A DNA stretch of 64,000 nt, taken from contig JAGCYX010000111.1 of the NCBI GenBank assembly GCA_017960585.1, positions 1,068 to 65,067 of the forward strand, written 5' to 3'. The notes beneath the pieces are model-generated. The model saw nothing but the letters and a program-made list of their open reading frames with translations, did not search any database and was not told the origin of the DNA. Below, in pieces: positions 19,176 through 28,910 of this stretch. The first letter of the stretch is position 1. Each line of letters begins with the position of its first letter. The DNA is from Bacteroidales bacterium. Lineage in GTDB: Bacteria > Bacteroidota > Bacteroidia > Bacteroidales > UBA932. Both the position numbers and the translations under genes were made by a program.

Positions 19176-21983
19176 ATGAAACGATTCTCCTTTCTGATGC
19201 TGGCGGCGCTTTGCTGCGCCCCCCTGATGGGCCAGAACAATCCCCTGGACCACGATGTGTATGACGGATGGCAGTCCGTCCGCAATGTCAAGATCTCCCC
19301 GGACGGGAAACTGCTCGCCTGGGAAGTCGCCCCGCAGGAGGGCGACGGAACGCTGTACCTGCGCAACCTGTCCACGGGCGCGGAGATCTCCGTCCCGCGC
19401 GGCACTTCGCTGAAATGGGCGCAGGACGGCGCCTGGGGCCTGTTTACCGTGAAGGCCCCCTTCGCCGACACCCGCCAGGCCAAGATCGACAAGAAGAAGA
19501 AAGATGAACAGCCCAAGGACTCCCTGGCCCGCATCGACCTGCGCGCCCTGGCGTGGGAGATGGTCGGCGAAGCCGGCACGACGGCGCTCGGCTACGATGC
19601 CGCCCCCTATCTCTTCGCCGCCCAGGAAGTCAAGGACCGCAAGAGCAAGAGCCTGCTCGTAATCAACACCGCCACCGGCAGCGTGGACACGCTCAAGAAC
19701 GTGTCCGAGTTCGCCGCGTCCAAGTCCGGCTCGCGCCTGGTGACCATCGCCGCCAAGGAGGAGAAGGACTCCCTGTCGCGCAGCGCGGTGATTCTGTATG
19801 ATTTCCCGAAGGGGAGCATCGACACGCTGTCCGCCGACCGGAAGGCCTATGCCGGCCTGCGCTGGAACGACGCGGGCGACAAACTGCTCTTCACCGCCAC
19901 CGACCAGGAGGAGAAGAAGGACGGCACGCCCCGCCACGGCATCTATCTCGCGCAGGAGCAGGTCCTGACGAAGGCCACGCGCCGCACGCCGGCCGTGACT
20001 GCGTGGCGCATCTGCGAGCTGCTCGCGCCCGACTGCGCCGAGCTCCCGGAGGGCTGGGTGGTGTCCGCGAACAGCCGTCCGCAGTTCTCCAACCGCTCCT
20101 CCCGCGTGCTCCTCGACCTGACGGAATACTTCCCGGCCAAGGACACGACCGTCTATGAGTTCGAAGCCGCCCAGCTGGACATCTGGGTCTGGAATAAGCG
20201 CAACCTGCCGCCGATGGACAAGGTGGCCGGCAGCCGACGTCCGCAGCGCAGCGCAACCGTCAATCTCGACCGGCCCGGCCGGCTGCTCGTCCTGTCCGAG
20301 GGCCCGTCCGACCGCATCCGTTACTTCGACGGCGGCGAGGCTCCTTACGCCCTCTCCCTGAACACGGCGCGCTACGACATCGACAATATGTGGGCCGCAG
20401 ACAGTCGCGCCGACGTGGCGCTGGTGAGCCTGCAGGACGGCAGCCGCCGCGCGCTGCGCGAAGGCGCGGCGGGCTACACGGTCCCGTCCACCTACGGGAA
20501 ATACCTCGCCTGGTTCAACCCCGAAGACGGCAACTGGTACTGCCTGGACGTGGCCACTGGCACGCAGGTCAACCTGACCGGCGCCACGGGCGTGGTTTTC
20601 TGGGACGAGGAGGACGACCACCCGACCGGAGGTTATGTTCCCATCGAGTATCCCGACTGGGCGGGGGCTGACGAGGCCCTGCTGCTCTGCGACCGCTACG
20701 ACCTCTGGCGCTTCAGCCCCGACGGCAGGAAGGCCGAGTGCCTGACCCGCGGCGCGGGCCGCCGCGACCGGGTGCAGTACCGCCTCGTCGGGCTCGGCCG
20801 CAAGAACAACCCTTACCTGTATCAGAACGTCGAATCGGTGCCCCTGAAGGGCGAACTGACGCTCAGCGCATTCAATGAGGTGGACAAGCGCAACGGCTAC
20901 GCCCGCATCGACGCGGCGCGCGGCGGCGAACCGCAGGGATTCCTGGCGGAGAAGTCCTACTCCACGCTGACGAAGGCGGAGGAAGCGGCCACGACCGCCT
21001 ACCTCATGGGCGACTTCCGTCACCCGATGGACCTCTACGTCGCGCCCGACCTCTGGGGCAGCGCGCAGAAGCTCAGCGCCATCAACCCCCAGCAGGCGCA
21101 GTACCGCTGGGGCGACGTGCAGCTGGTGCACTGGCAGGCCTACGACGGCACGCCGCTCGACGGCCTGCTCTTCACACCGGACGGCCTGGACAAGGCGGGC
21201 AGCTACCCGCTGATGATCTATTTCTACGAGAAGTATTCCGAGACGCTTTACAACTACCGCGCACCGGCCCCGAGCCGCTCCACGGTCAACATTCCCTTCT
21301 TCGTGAGCCGCGGCTACGTGGTGTTCATCCCGGACATCGTCTACGTGGACGGCCATCCGGGCGAGAGCGCCTACAACTGCATCTGCGCGGGTGCGGAGGC
21401 GATGTGCGCGCAGTTCCCCTTCATCGACAAGTCCCGCATGGCCATCCAGGGCCAGAGCTGGGGCGGCTACCAGACGGCCTACCTCGTCACGCGGACCAAT
21501 ATGTTCGCGGCGGCGGGCGCAGGCGCCCCGGTGGGCAACATGACGAGCGCCTACGGCGGCATCCGCTGGGAGTCCGGCAACAGCCGCATCGGGCAGTACG
21601 AGCACGGCCAGAGCCGCGTCGGCAAGACGCTCTGGGAGGACGGCGGACTGGATCTCTACATCGAGAACTCCCCGGTCTTCCACGCACCCAACGTGACCAC
21701 GCCGGTGCTCATCATGCACAACGACAGCGACGGCGCCGTGCCCTGGTACCAGGGTATCGAGTTCTTCATGTCGCTGCGCCGCCTCGGCAAACCGGCCTGG
21801 CTGCTGGAGTACAACAACGAGCAGCACAACCTCTCCGAGCGTCGCAACAGCAAGGACCTCTCCATCCGCCTCTCGCAGTTCTTCGACCACTACCTTCTCG
21901 GCGCCCCGGAACCCGTCTGGATGAAAGAAGGGATTCCGTACGCCCGGAAGGGCAATTACTTTGCGACCGAGGCCGCAAAGTAA
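19176..21983 (+). CDS. S9 prolyl oligopeptidase / acylaminoacyl peptidase
   Basis: GQSWGG, HNDSDGAVPW, NEQHNL; signal peptide. Confidence 0.92.
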   Translation: MKRFSFLMLAALCCAPLMGQNNPLDHDVYDGWQSVRNVKISPDGKLLAWEVAPQEGDGTLYLRNLSTGAEISVPRGTSLKWAQDGAWGLFTVKAPFADTRQAKIDKKKKDEQPKDSLARIDLRALAWEMVGEAGTTALGYDAAPYLFAAQEVKDRKSKSLLVINTATGSVDTLKNVSEFAASKSGSRLVTIAAKEEKDSLSRSAVILYDFPKGSIDTLSADRKAYAGLRWNDAGDKLLFTATDQEEKKDGTPRHGIYLAQEQVLTKATRRTPAVTAWRICELLAPDCAELPEGWVVSANSRPQFSNRSSRVLLDLTEYFPAKDTTVYEFEAAQLDIWVWNKRNLPPMDKVAGSRRPQRSATVNLDRPGRLLVLSEGPSDRIRYFDGGEAPYALSLNTARYDIDNMWAADSRADVALVSLQDGSRRALREGAAGYTVPSTYGKYLAWFNPEDGNWYCLDVATGTQVNLTGATGVVFWDEEDDHPTGGYVPIEYPDWAGADEALLLCDRYDLWRFSPDGRKAECLTRGAGRRDRVQYRLVGLGRKNNPYLYQNVESVPLKGELTLSAFNEVDKRNGYARIDAARGGEPQGFLAEKSYSTLTKAEEAATTAYLMGDFRHPMDLYVAPDLWGSAQKLSAINPQQAQYRWGDVQLVHWQAYDGTPLDGLLFTPDGLDKAGSYPLMIYFYEKYSETLYNYRAPAPSRSTVNIPFFVSRGYVVFIPDIVYVDGHPGESAYNCICAGAEAMCAQFPFIDKSRMAIQGQSWGGYQTAYLVTRTNMFAAAGAGAPVGNMTSAYGGIRWESGNSRIGQYEHGQSRVGKTLWEDGGLDLYIENSPVFHAPNVTTPVLIMHNDSDGAVPWYQGIEFFMSLRRLGKPAWLLEYNNEQHNLSERRNSKDLSIRLSQFFDHYLLGAPEPVWMKEGIPYARKGNYFATEAAK

Positions 21984-22004
21984 TTACCCGGCCCCAAGGC
22001 CACC

Positions 22005-22080
22005 TCTGATTATCAGCAAGTTACAATACGACTCCGGGAGAATATGCCCGGAGTCGTTTTGTAAAGCATTGGTAATCAAT
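22005..22080. repeat. AT-flanked palindromic element / bidirectional terminator
   Basis: CTGATTATCAGCAAGTTACAATACGACTCCGGG..CCCGGAGTCGTTTTGTAA; similar to 29618-29700. Confidence 0.6.
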
Positions 22081-22084
22081 GATA

Positions 22085-22110
22085 GGATTCCCGGTCAAGC
22101 CGGGCATCTA
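22085..22110. repeat. REP-like palindrome overlapping the trpA stop
   Basis: GGATTCCCGGTCAAGCCGGGCATCTA. Confidence 0.75.
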
Positions 22111-22884
22111 CTTCCCGATGTCCGCTTTGAGCTGGCGGATGGCGGCGGTAGCGTCGCCGGAGGCCTGGTCGAGGAGGGTGACGAAGCGGCTGCCGATGAT
22201 GCCGCCGGAGGCGTACTCGCAGGCGGCGTCGAAGGTCTGCTTGTTGCTGATGCCGAAGCCCACCATCCGCGGGATGCGCAGCTTCATCTGCTCGATCTTG
22301 CGGAAATAGGCCTGCTTCTGCGCGTCGAAGTCCTTCTGCGCGCCCGTCGTGGCGGCCGAGGACACCATATAGATGAAGCCCGAGGTGTGCTCGTCGATCA
22401 GGCGCACCCGCTCCTCGGAGGTCTCCGGGGTGATCAGCATGATGAAGCGCAGCCCGTAACGCTCGGCCACGGCCTTGTAGCTCTCCATGTAGTCCTTGAA
22501 CGGCAGGTCCGGGATGATCATCCCGTCCACGCCCACCTCCACGCAGCGCTGGCAGAAGGCCTCGAAGCCGAAACGGAACACCGGATTAAGGTAGCCCATC
22601 AGAATCAGGGGGATATCCACGTCGCGGCGGATGTCCTTCAACTGCGAGAACAGCGTCTCGAGCGTCATACCGTTGCGCAGCGCCTTGGTGGCGGCGTCCT
22701 GGATCACGGGGCCGTCGGCCATCGGGTCGCTGAACGGGATGCCGATCTCGATCATATCCACGCCCTCGCGGGCGAGGCTGCGGATCACGTCCGCCGTGCC
22801 GTCGAGGGTCGGCGCCCCGGCGCAGAAATAGATGGAGAGCAACCGCTTCGGGCTGCCGCTGAAAAGTCTGTCTATACGGTTCAT
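22108..22884 (-). CDS. trpA: Tryptophan synthase alpha chain
   Basis: IEIGIPFSDPMADGPVIQ, LMGYLNP, VGFGIS. Confidence 0.97.
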   Translation of the reverse strand: MNRIDRLFSGSPKRLLSIYFCAGAPTLDGTADVIRSLAREGVDMIEIGIPFSDPMADGPVIQDAATKALRNGMTLETLFSQLKDIRRDVDIPLILMGYLNPVFRFGFEAFCQRCVEVGVDGMIIPDLPFKDYMESYKAVAERYGLRFIMLITPETSEERVRLIDEHTSGFIYMVSSAATTGAQKDFDAQKQAYFRKIEQMKLRIPRMVGFGISNKQTFDAACEYASGGIIGSRFVTLLDQASGDATAAIRQLKADIGK

Positions 22885-22888
22885 TGTC

Positions 22889-23512
22889 TTATCGTTGCAA
22901 GTTTTCCAAAAATACTTCCATCAGCTCCGGATCCTTGATGCCCGGCGCCGTCTCGAAGCGGCTGTTGAGATCGATGCCCGCGAGGTACGGGTAGATGAAG
23001 TCGTGCAGGATCTCGACGGTGTCGAGTCCGATGCCGCCGCTGAGCAGGAAGCGCGTCTTCTCCTCGTAGTCGTCCATGATCGACCAGTCGAAACGCTGGC
23101 CGCTGCCGCCGTGGCCGGGGGTCTTGGTGTCGAAGAGGAAGAGGTCGCAGGCGCCTTCATAGCCCGCGACGGTGTTGCGCACACTCTCCTCGGCGATGCC
23201 GAAGGCCTTGATGACCCGCAGGCCGTCCCGTTCACGCAGTTGCGCGCAGAATTCCGGGCTCTCGCTGCCGTGCAGCTGAATATAGTCGAATTGATAGGTA
23301 TCGTTGCAGCGCAGGATCTCCTCGCGCAGCGCGTCCACGAACACGCCCACGCGCCCCGCCTTCGCGGGGAGGTAGGAGGGCGTTTCGCGCACGTAGCGCG
23401 GGGATCCGGGATAGAAGATGAAGCCGATCAGGTCGACGCCCAGGGCTTCGATGGCGCGGATGTTTTCGCCTTCGGTCATCCCGCACACCTTGATGAGTTG
23501 TCCGTTGATCAT
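22889..23512 (-). CDS. trpF: Phosphoribosylanthranilate isomerase
   Basis: IKVCGMT, QLHGSESP, GGSGQRFDW, DLNSRFETAPGIKD. Confidence 0.96.
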   Translation of the reverse strand: MINGQLIKVCGMTEGENIRAIEALGVDLIGFIFYPGSPRYVRETPSYLPAKAGRVGVFVDALREEILRCNDTYQFDYIQLHGSESPEFCAQLRERDGLRVIKAFGIAEESVRNTVAGYEGACDLFLFDTKTPGHGGSGQRFDWSIMDDYEEKTRFLLSGGIGLDTVEILHDFIYPYLAGIDLNSRFETAPGIKDPELMEVFLENLQR

Positions 23513-24441
23513 ATCGCTTGGATGAATTCGGCCAGGGCGGCGCCCGGGTCGGGTTGACGCATAAAATGTTCGCCCATCAGGAATCCGCGGAATCCCGCTT
23601 CGCGCAGCTTCCGCACCGTCGACGGGTCGCTGATGCCACTTTCGGAGACGAAGACCGGCCCCGTTGCTTCCCCCGCGGGCGGACAGGACCTTAAATGACC
23701 GGGGGGCGTTCCCCCCGGACCCCCTGCGGCGCTTTGCTTCGACGTTTCTTCATCTCCGGCGGCGGAAAAGCGGAGCGGAAATTGGTTTTTCGGGCTACTG
23801 CACGAAAAATAATTTCCGGCCGCCCGTCTGGAAGACTCCGTCCGCCGGAGCAATAACGGAGCAAGGTCGAAGGACGTCTGGACGTCGGTGACGAACGAGC
23901 CGAGGTGGCGGTTGTTCACGCCGACGACGTCCACATCGGGGGTGACATAGTCCAGTTCCTCCGGGCTGTGGATCTCCAGTAGCACCTCCAGCCCCAGCCG
24001 GTGCGCCTCCGCGAGCAGCGCGGCGCAGGCCTCGCGGCTCAGGCACGCCGCGATCAGCAGCACCGCGTCGGCGCCCGCCTCGCGGGCCTGGTACAGCTGG
24101 TACGGATCGATGATGAAGTCCTTCCGCAAGATGGGAATGTCCACCAGCGGCCGCACCCGGCGGATGAAGTCCAGGCTCCCGCCGAAGTACTGCTCGTCGG
24201 TCAGCACACTCAGCGCCGCCGCGCCCGCCGCCGCATACGCCGGCACCACCTGCTCCGGCACCGCCTCTTCGCGGATCCAGCCCTTCGACGGCGACTTCCG
24301 CTTGAACTCCGCGATAATCCCGGTCGGCGACTCCGCCAGCGCCCGCTTCAGCGACCGTCCGGGCTTCATCAAACCAGCAAGCTCTTTCCGTTTGCTGTCA
24401 ACAATTTGAGAGAGGATGTCCGTTTTATTTAAATCACTCAT
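23509..24441 (-). CDS. trpC: Indole-3-glycerol phosphate synthase carrying a ~60-aa in-frame insertion
   Basis: IAEFKRKSPSKG, LRKDFIID, GVNNR, SESGI, LMGE. Confidence 0.95.
   Translation of the reverse strand: MSDLNKTDILSQIVDSKRKELAGLMKPGRSLKRALAESPTGIIAEFKRKSPSKGWIREEAVPEQVVPAYAAAGAAALSVLTDEQYFGGSLDFIRRVRPLVDIPILRKDFIIDPYQLYQAREAGADAVLLIAACLSREACAALLAEAHRLGLEVLLEIHSPEELDYVTPDVDVVGVNNRHLGSFVTDVQTSFDLAPLLLRRTESSRRAAGNYFSCSSPKNQFPLRFSAAGDEETSKQSAAGGPGGTPPGHLRSCPPAGEATGPVFVSESGISDPSTVRKLREAGFRGFLMGEHFMRQPDPGAALAEFIQAI
23661..23859. mobile_element. MITE/RPE-like palindromic element inside trpC
   Basis: Imperfect terminal inverted repeats (CCGTT..GGCGGAC / GTCCGCC..AACGG), internal hairpins, and a sub-motif shared with 3305 and 3568. 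Confidence 0.7.
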
Positions 24442-24527
24442 TTTCTGATTATTACAAAATGAACCCGCATCAAAATCGACAGGTTATTTCTGTAAATTAC
24501 TGTCTACTAATATTCTACAAAAAACGC

Positions 24528-25523
24528 CTACCTATATATTTCGCAGAAGCGGCGGAAGGCGGCGAGAGCCTTGCCGCTCTCCAGCGACTCGCGGCAGAGC
24601 GCGATCGACTCCTCCACCGACAGGTTGCGGTCGATCACCGAGATGCCGCAGGCCGCGTTCGCCAGCACCACCGACTTCTGCGCCTCCGTGGCGCTGCCGT
24701 CCAGCACCGCATCGAAAATGGCCTTGGCCTCGTCGGCCGTGGAACCGCCGTAGATGTCCTTCGGCTCCACATAGTTCAGCCCCAGGTCCTTCGGCGTGAA
24801 CACCTTCTCGAAATGCGGCGTCACCAGCTTGAAACCGGAGGTCAGCGAGATCTCGTCGTAGCCGTCGTAGCTCGTCACCACACCGTAGTTGTCCCCGATC
24901 TTCTGGTGCGCCCGCACGTAGAGCCGCTGCTGCGCCTGCGTGGCCGTGCCGTGCAGGGAGTTCTTCGGATGGCAGGGATTCACCAGCGGGCCCAGCAGGT
25001 TGAAGCAGGTGGGCACGCCCAGCGCCTTGCGCACCGGCCCCACGAACTTCATCCCGTAGGCGAACAGCGGCGCGTGCAGATAGCAGATGCCCGCCTCGTC
25101 CAGCGCGCGGCGCAGCACGTCCGGATCGGCCGTAAACTTCACCCCGTGGGCCTCCAGGACCGTGCTGGCGCCACTCACGGAGGTGCTGGCGCCGTTGCCG
25201 TGCTTCGTCACCTTGTAGCCCGCGCCGGCGATCACGAACGCCGCGCAGGTGGAGATATTGAAGGTGTTCTTCCCATCACCGCCCGTACCCACGATGTCGA
25301 GGGTGTTGTAGTCGTCCAGGTCCACGCGCTTGCCCGTCTCCAGCAGGCCGTCGCGGAAGCCGAGCAGCTCGTCCACGGTCACGCCGCGGGTCTGCAGGAC
25401 CATCAGCAGGGCTGCGATCTGGCAGTCGTTGTACTCCTGCCGGGTGATGCCGAGCAGGATGTCGTGCGTCTGTTCGCGGGAGAGCGTCTCCCCTTCGATG
25501 AGTTGGTTCAGATACTTTTTCAT
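24528..25523 (-). CDS. trpD: Anthranilate phosphoribosyltransferase
   Basis: DIVGTGGDGKNTFNIST, KHGN, FNLLGPLVNP, DGYDEIS. Confidence 0.97.
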   Translation of the reverse strand: MKKYLNQLIEGETLSREQTHDILLGITRQEYNDCQIAALLMVLQTRGVTVDELLGFRDGLLETGKRVDLDDYNTLDIVGTGGDGKNTFNISTCAAFVIAGAGYKVTKHGNGASTSVSGASTVLEAHGVKFTADPDVLRRALDEAGICYLHAPLFAYGMKFVGPVRKALGVPTCFNLLGPLVNPCHPKNSLHGTATQAQQRLYVRAHQKIGDNYGVVTSYDGYDEISLTSGFKLVTPHFEKVFTPKDLGLNYVEPKDIYGGSTADEAKAIFDAVLDGSATEAQKSVVLANAACGISVIDRNLSVEESIALCRESLESGKALAAFRRFCEIYR

Positions 25524-25535
25524 ATTAATTAACTT

Positions 25536-26099
25536 TTAATGATTCAACCAGTTGCGCAGGATCGCCGGACCGTCCGGCGTGAGCACGCTTTCGGGGTGGA
25601 ACTGCAGCCCGCGCAGATCCAGGTCGCGGTGGCGCAGCGCCATCACCTGCCCTTCCGGGCTCAGCGCCGTAGCCTCCAGGCAGGCGGGCAACGTGGCGGC
25701 GTCCACCACCCAGGAGTGGTAGCGCCCCACGGGAAATTCCACCGGCAGGCCGGCGAAGAGATAGTCGTCCGCCACGCGGCGGCAGGGTGTCTGCACCCCG
25801 TGGAAAACCTCGTCGAGGTTCACGAGCGTGCCGCCGAATGCCTCGCCGATGGCCTGCTCGCCCAGGCAGATGCCCAGAATGGGCTTCACGCCGGCGTAGC
25901 GGCGGATGACCTCGGGCATCAGGCCGGCCTCGGACGGAATGCCGGGCCCCGGCGAGAGCATAATCTTATCGTAAGGCTCCAGCTCGTCCAGCGCGAAGCA
26001 GTCGTTGCGCAGGACGCGGACGGAGGCCCCCATTTCCTTGACCAGATGCACCAGATTGAAGGTGAACGAGTCGTAGTTGTCGATCATCACGATATTCAT
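25536..26099 (-). CDS. trpG: Anthranilate synthase component II
   Basis: IDNYDSFTFNL, SPGPG, GICLG, QFHPES. Confidence 0.96.
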   Translation of the reverse strand: MNIVMIDNYDSFTFNLVHLVKEMGASVRVLRNDCFALDELEPYDKIMLSPGPGIPSEAGLMPEVIRRYAGVKPILGICLGEQAIGEAFGGTLVNLDEVFHGVQTPCRRVADDYLFAGLPVEFPVGRYHSWVVDAATLPACLEATALSPEGQVMALRHRDLDLRGLQFHPESVLTPDGPAILRNWLNH

Positions 26100-26104
26100 G
26101 GCAC

Positions 26105-27496
26105 TCAGAGTTGGGCGGCGAGCTCGATGGCTTTGCGGAGCGCGCCGAGTTTGTGATTGACTTCCTGCAGTTCGTATTCGGCGTCGCTCTTGGCCACGAT
26201 ACCGCTGCCCGCCTGGAACCAGAGTTCGCCGGCGCGGCTCACGAAGGAACGGATGGTGATGGCCTGGTTCAGCGTGCCGTCGAAGGAGATGCTCCCCACG
26301 CAGCCGCCGTAGGCGCCGCGGTTGTGCGGCTCCAGCTCGGAGATGATCTGCATCGCGCGGACCTTCGGCGCGCCGGACAGCGTCCCGGCCGGGAAGGTGT
26401 CGATGAAGGCGCGCACGGGGTCGGCCCCCTCGTCGAGGGTGCCGCTCACCCGGCTGACCAGGTGGATGACGTGCGAGTAGTACTGCAGCTCCTTGTAGAA
26501 GTCCACCTGCACGCCGTGGCAGTTGCGCGACAGGTCGTTGCGTGCCAGGTCCACCAGCATCACGTGCTCGGCGTTCTCCTTGGGATCGTTGCGGAGGAAT
26601 TCCGCCCCGCGGGCGTCCGCGGCGTCGTCGCCGGTGCGGCGCGTCGTGCCCGCGATCGGGTCGATGCAGGCGCGCCCGCCCGCCACGCGGCAGTGCGTCT
26701 CCGGCGAGGAGCCGAGGATGCGGTAGCCGCCGAAGTCCATGTAGAAGAGGTAGGGCGAAGGGTTGATGTTGCGCAGGGCGCGGTAGAGCTGAAAATCGTC
26801 GCCCTCGTAGTGCTGTATGAAGCGGCGCGACAGCACCACCTGGAACACGTCGCCCCGGCGGCAGTGCGCCACGCCGCGGCGGACGTTCTCGCGGTGCTGC
26901 TCGTCGGTGAGCGGCGAGCTGACCTCGCCCACGGGGCGGAAGTCATACAGGTTCACGCCCGCACGCCCCAGCAGGCGCTCCACGCGCGCCGACTGCGGTT
27001 CCTCGCCCTCCGGCACCAGTTCGTGCAGCGTCAGCGCGTTGCGGAAATGGTCAAACTCCAGGGTGAAGCGGAAGAGGATGTAGAGCAGGTCCGGGGCGTC
27101 GTTCTCCGCGCGCGTCTCGTCCTTGACGGGAATGTTCTCGAAGTAGCGGGTCGCGTTAAACGTGGTAAAACCCCACATCGAGACGTTCTTCTTGTCCAGC
27201 TGGAAGCTGTCCATGAAGTCCCGGATCAGACGGTCCACCGGATAGGCGGCGGAGATGGCGTTCTCCACGCGGGAGCCGTCCGGGAAGCAGCGGAAGCCCG
27301 TTCCGTGGGCCACGCCCACTTCGGCCAGCGGCTCCAGCGCGATGAAAGAGCGCGAGTCGCGCCCGGTGTGGAAGTCGCTGCTCTCCATCAGGATGGAGCG
27401 CGGCGAGGCGTCTCGCAGGCGCAGGTAGGCCGACACGGGGGTGTGCAGGTCGCCGGGTAGTTCGCGGCTGAAGAGGGTATAGCGGAAGGCGTTCAT
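26105..27496 (-). CDS. trpE: Anthranilate synthase component I
   Basis: DLHTPVSAYL, GDVFQVVLSRR, SSPE, PIAGT, KENAEHVMLVDLARND, GTLSGAPK; ATGA overlap with trpB. Confidence 0.96.
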   Translation of the reverse strand: MNAFRYTLFSRELPGDLHTPVSAYLRLRDASPRSILMESSDFHTGRDSRSFIALEPLAEVGVAHGTGFRCFPDGSRVENAISAAYPVDRLIRDFMDSFQLDKKNVSMWGFTTFNATRYFENIPVKDETRAENDAPDLLYILFRFTLEFDHFRNALTLHELVPEGEEPQSARVERLLGRAGVNLYDFRPVGEVSSPLTDEQHRENVRRGVAHCRRGDVFQVVLSRRFIQHYEGDDFQLYRALRNINPSPYLFYMDFGGYRILGSSPETHCRVAGGRACIDPIAGTTRRTGDDAADARGAEFLRNDPKENAEHVMLVDLARNDLSRNCHGVQVDFYKELQYYSHVIHLVSRVSGTLDEGADPVRAFIDTFPAGTLSGAPKVRAMQIISELEPHNRGAYGGCVGSISFDGTLNQAITIRSFVSRAGELWFQAGSGIVAKSDAEYELQEVNHKLGALRKAIELAAQL

Positions 27497-28674
27497 GGCT
27501 TGCGGTAGTTGAGATAGGTTTCCAGGTCCTTGTCGCCGCGGCCGGAGACGGTCAGCACGACCACGTCCTCCGGACGGAACTGCATCTTCGGCAGGGCGCC
27601 GAGGGCGTGGGCGCTCTCCAGCGCCGGGATGATGCCCTCCAGGCGGGTGAGCTCGAAGGCGGCGGCCACGGCCTCGTCGTCGTTCACCGGGATCACCCGG
27701 GCGCGGCCCTGCGCCGCCAGGTTGGCGTGCATCGGACCGATGCCGGGATAGTCGAGGCCGGCGCTGATGGAGTACGGCTCCTCGATCTGCCCGTCGGGGC
27801 TCTGGATCACGTAGCTCTTGGCGCCGTGCAGGATGCCCACCTGGCCCAGGGCGATGGTGGCGGCGGTCTTGCCGCTGTCGATGCCCAGGCCGCCGGCCTC
27901 CGCGAGCACGATCTTCACGCGCGCGTCGTCGATATAGTGGTAGATTGTGCCGCCGGCATTGGAGCCGCCGCCCACGCAGGCCATCAGATAGTCGGGATAG
28001 TCCCGGCCGATCTTCTCCTGCAGCTGGACCTTGATCTCCTCGCTGATCACGGACTGCAGCCGCGCCACCATATCGGGGTACGGGTGCGGCCCGACGGTGG
28101 AGCCGATGATGTAGAAGGTGTCCGCGGGATGGCAGCACCAGTCGCGGATGGCCTCGTTGGTGGCGTCCTTGAGGGTCTTGTTGCCGGAATGGACGGGAAC
28201 CACGGTGGCGCCGAGCATCTTCATCTTCTCCACGTTCACCCGCTGGCGCTTCACGTCGGTCTCGCCCATGTAGACCACGCATTCCATATCCATCAGCGCG
28301 CACACCGTGGCCGTGGCCACGCCGTGCTGGCCCGCGCCCGTCTCGGCGATGATGCGCTTCTTGCCCATCTTCCGGGCCACGAGGATCTGGCCGACGGTGT
28401 TGTTGATCTTGTGGGCGCCGGTGTGGTTCAGGTCCTCGCGCTTGAGGTACAACTGCGTGCCGTAGCGCTCCGACAGGCGCCGCGCGTAGTAGAGCGGGCT
28501 CGGACGGCCCACGTAGTCGCGCAGCAGGGAGCGGTACTCCCGCTGGAAATCTTCGCTCTCCAGGATGGGCAGGTAGGCCTGCTGCAAGTCGGACACGCAC
28601 TTGTGCAGGATCTCGGGGACATAGGCGCCGCCGAATTCGCCGTAATAACCTTCTTGATCTACTAAATAACTCAT
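27493..28674 (-). CDS. trpB: Tryptophan synthase beta chain
   Basis: LKREDLNHTGAHKINN, AETGAGQHG, SAGLDYPG, SGRGDKD. Confidence 0.98.
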   Translation of the reverse strand: MSYLVDQEGYYGEFGGAYVPEILHKCVSDLQQAYLPILESEDFQREYRSLLRDYVGRPSPLYYARRLSERYGTQLYLKREDLNHTGAHKINNTVGQILVARKMGKKRIIAETGAGQHGVATATVCALMDMECVVYMGETDVKRQRVNVEKMKMLGATVVPVHSGNKTLKDATNEAIRDWCCHPADTFYIIGSTVGPHPYPDMVARLQSVISEEIKVQLQEKIGRDYPDYLMACVGGGSNAGGTIYHYIDDARVKIVLAEAGGLGIDSGKTAATIALGQVGILHGAKSYVIQSPDGQIEEPYSISAGLDYPGIGPMHANLAAQGRARVIPVNDDEAVAAAFELTRLEGIIPALESAHALGALPKMQFRPEDVVVLTVSGRGDKDLETYLNYRKP

Positions 28675-28705
28675 ATCCTGTTTTTCTTATACTTCTTTTT
28701 ACTTG

Positions 28706-28738
28706 AAAGGGCCCTGTCGCAATGCGGCAGGGCCCTTT
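28706..28738 (-). terminator. trp attenuator hairpin
   Basis: AAAGGGCCCTGCCGC-ATT-GCGACAGGGCCCTTT between the leader peptide and trpB. Confidence 0.75.
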
Positions 28739-28773
28739 GTATCTCTTTTTAATACATACGGAGCGTCAACCTC

Positions 28774-28833
28774 TTACGACTTCTGGAGTTGTAACAGGCG
28801 CCACCACCAATATGCGTTCGTGTGCTTCATCAT
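28774..28833 (-). CDS. trpL: trp leader peptide MMKHTNAYWWWRLLQLQKS
   Basis: Three tandem TGG codons; promoter TATATTTG at 28841-28848. Confidence 0.9.
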   Translation of the reverse strand: MMKHTNAYWWWRLLQLQKS

Positions 28834-28910
28834 ACTTCTGCAAATATAGCGATTGCATTTGAAATAACAAGGATTATGGGAAGAAAAAACTGACTATATT
28901 TGCAATCGTT

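Noticed and set aside
26105-28600. 831-aa TrpE with an N-terminal extension (similarly extended gltA and C69 ORFs)
   Set aside because: Extensions overlap neighbouring genes; true starts are at ATGA overlaps or signal peptides
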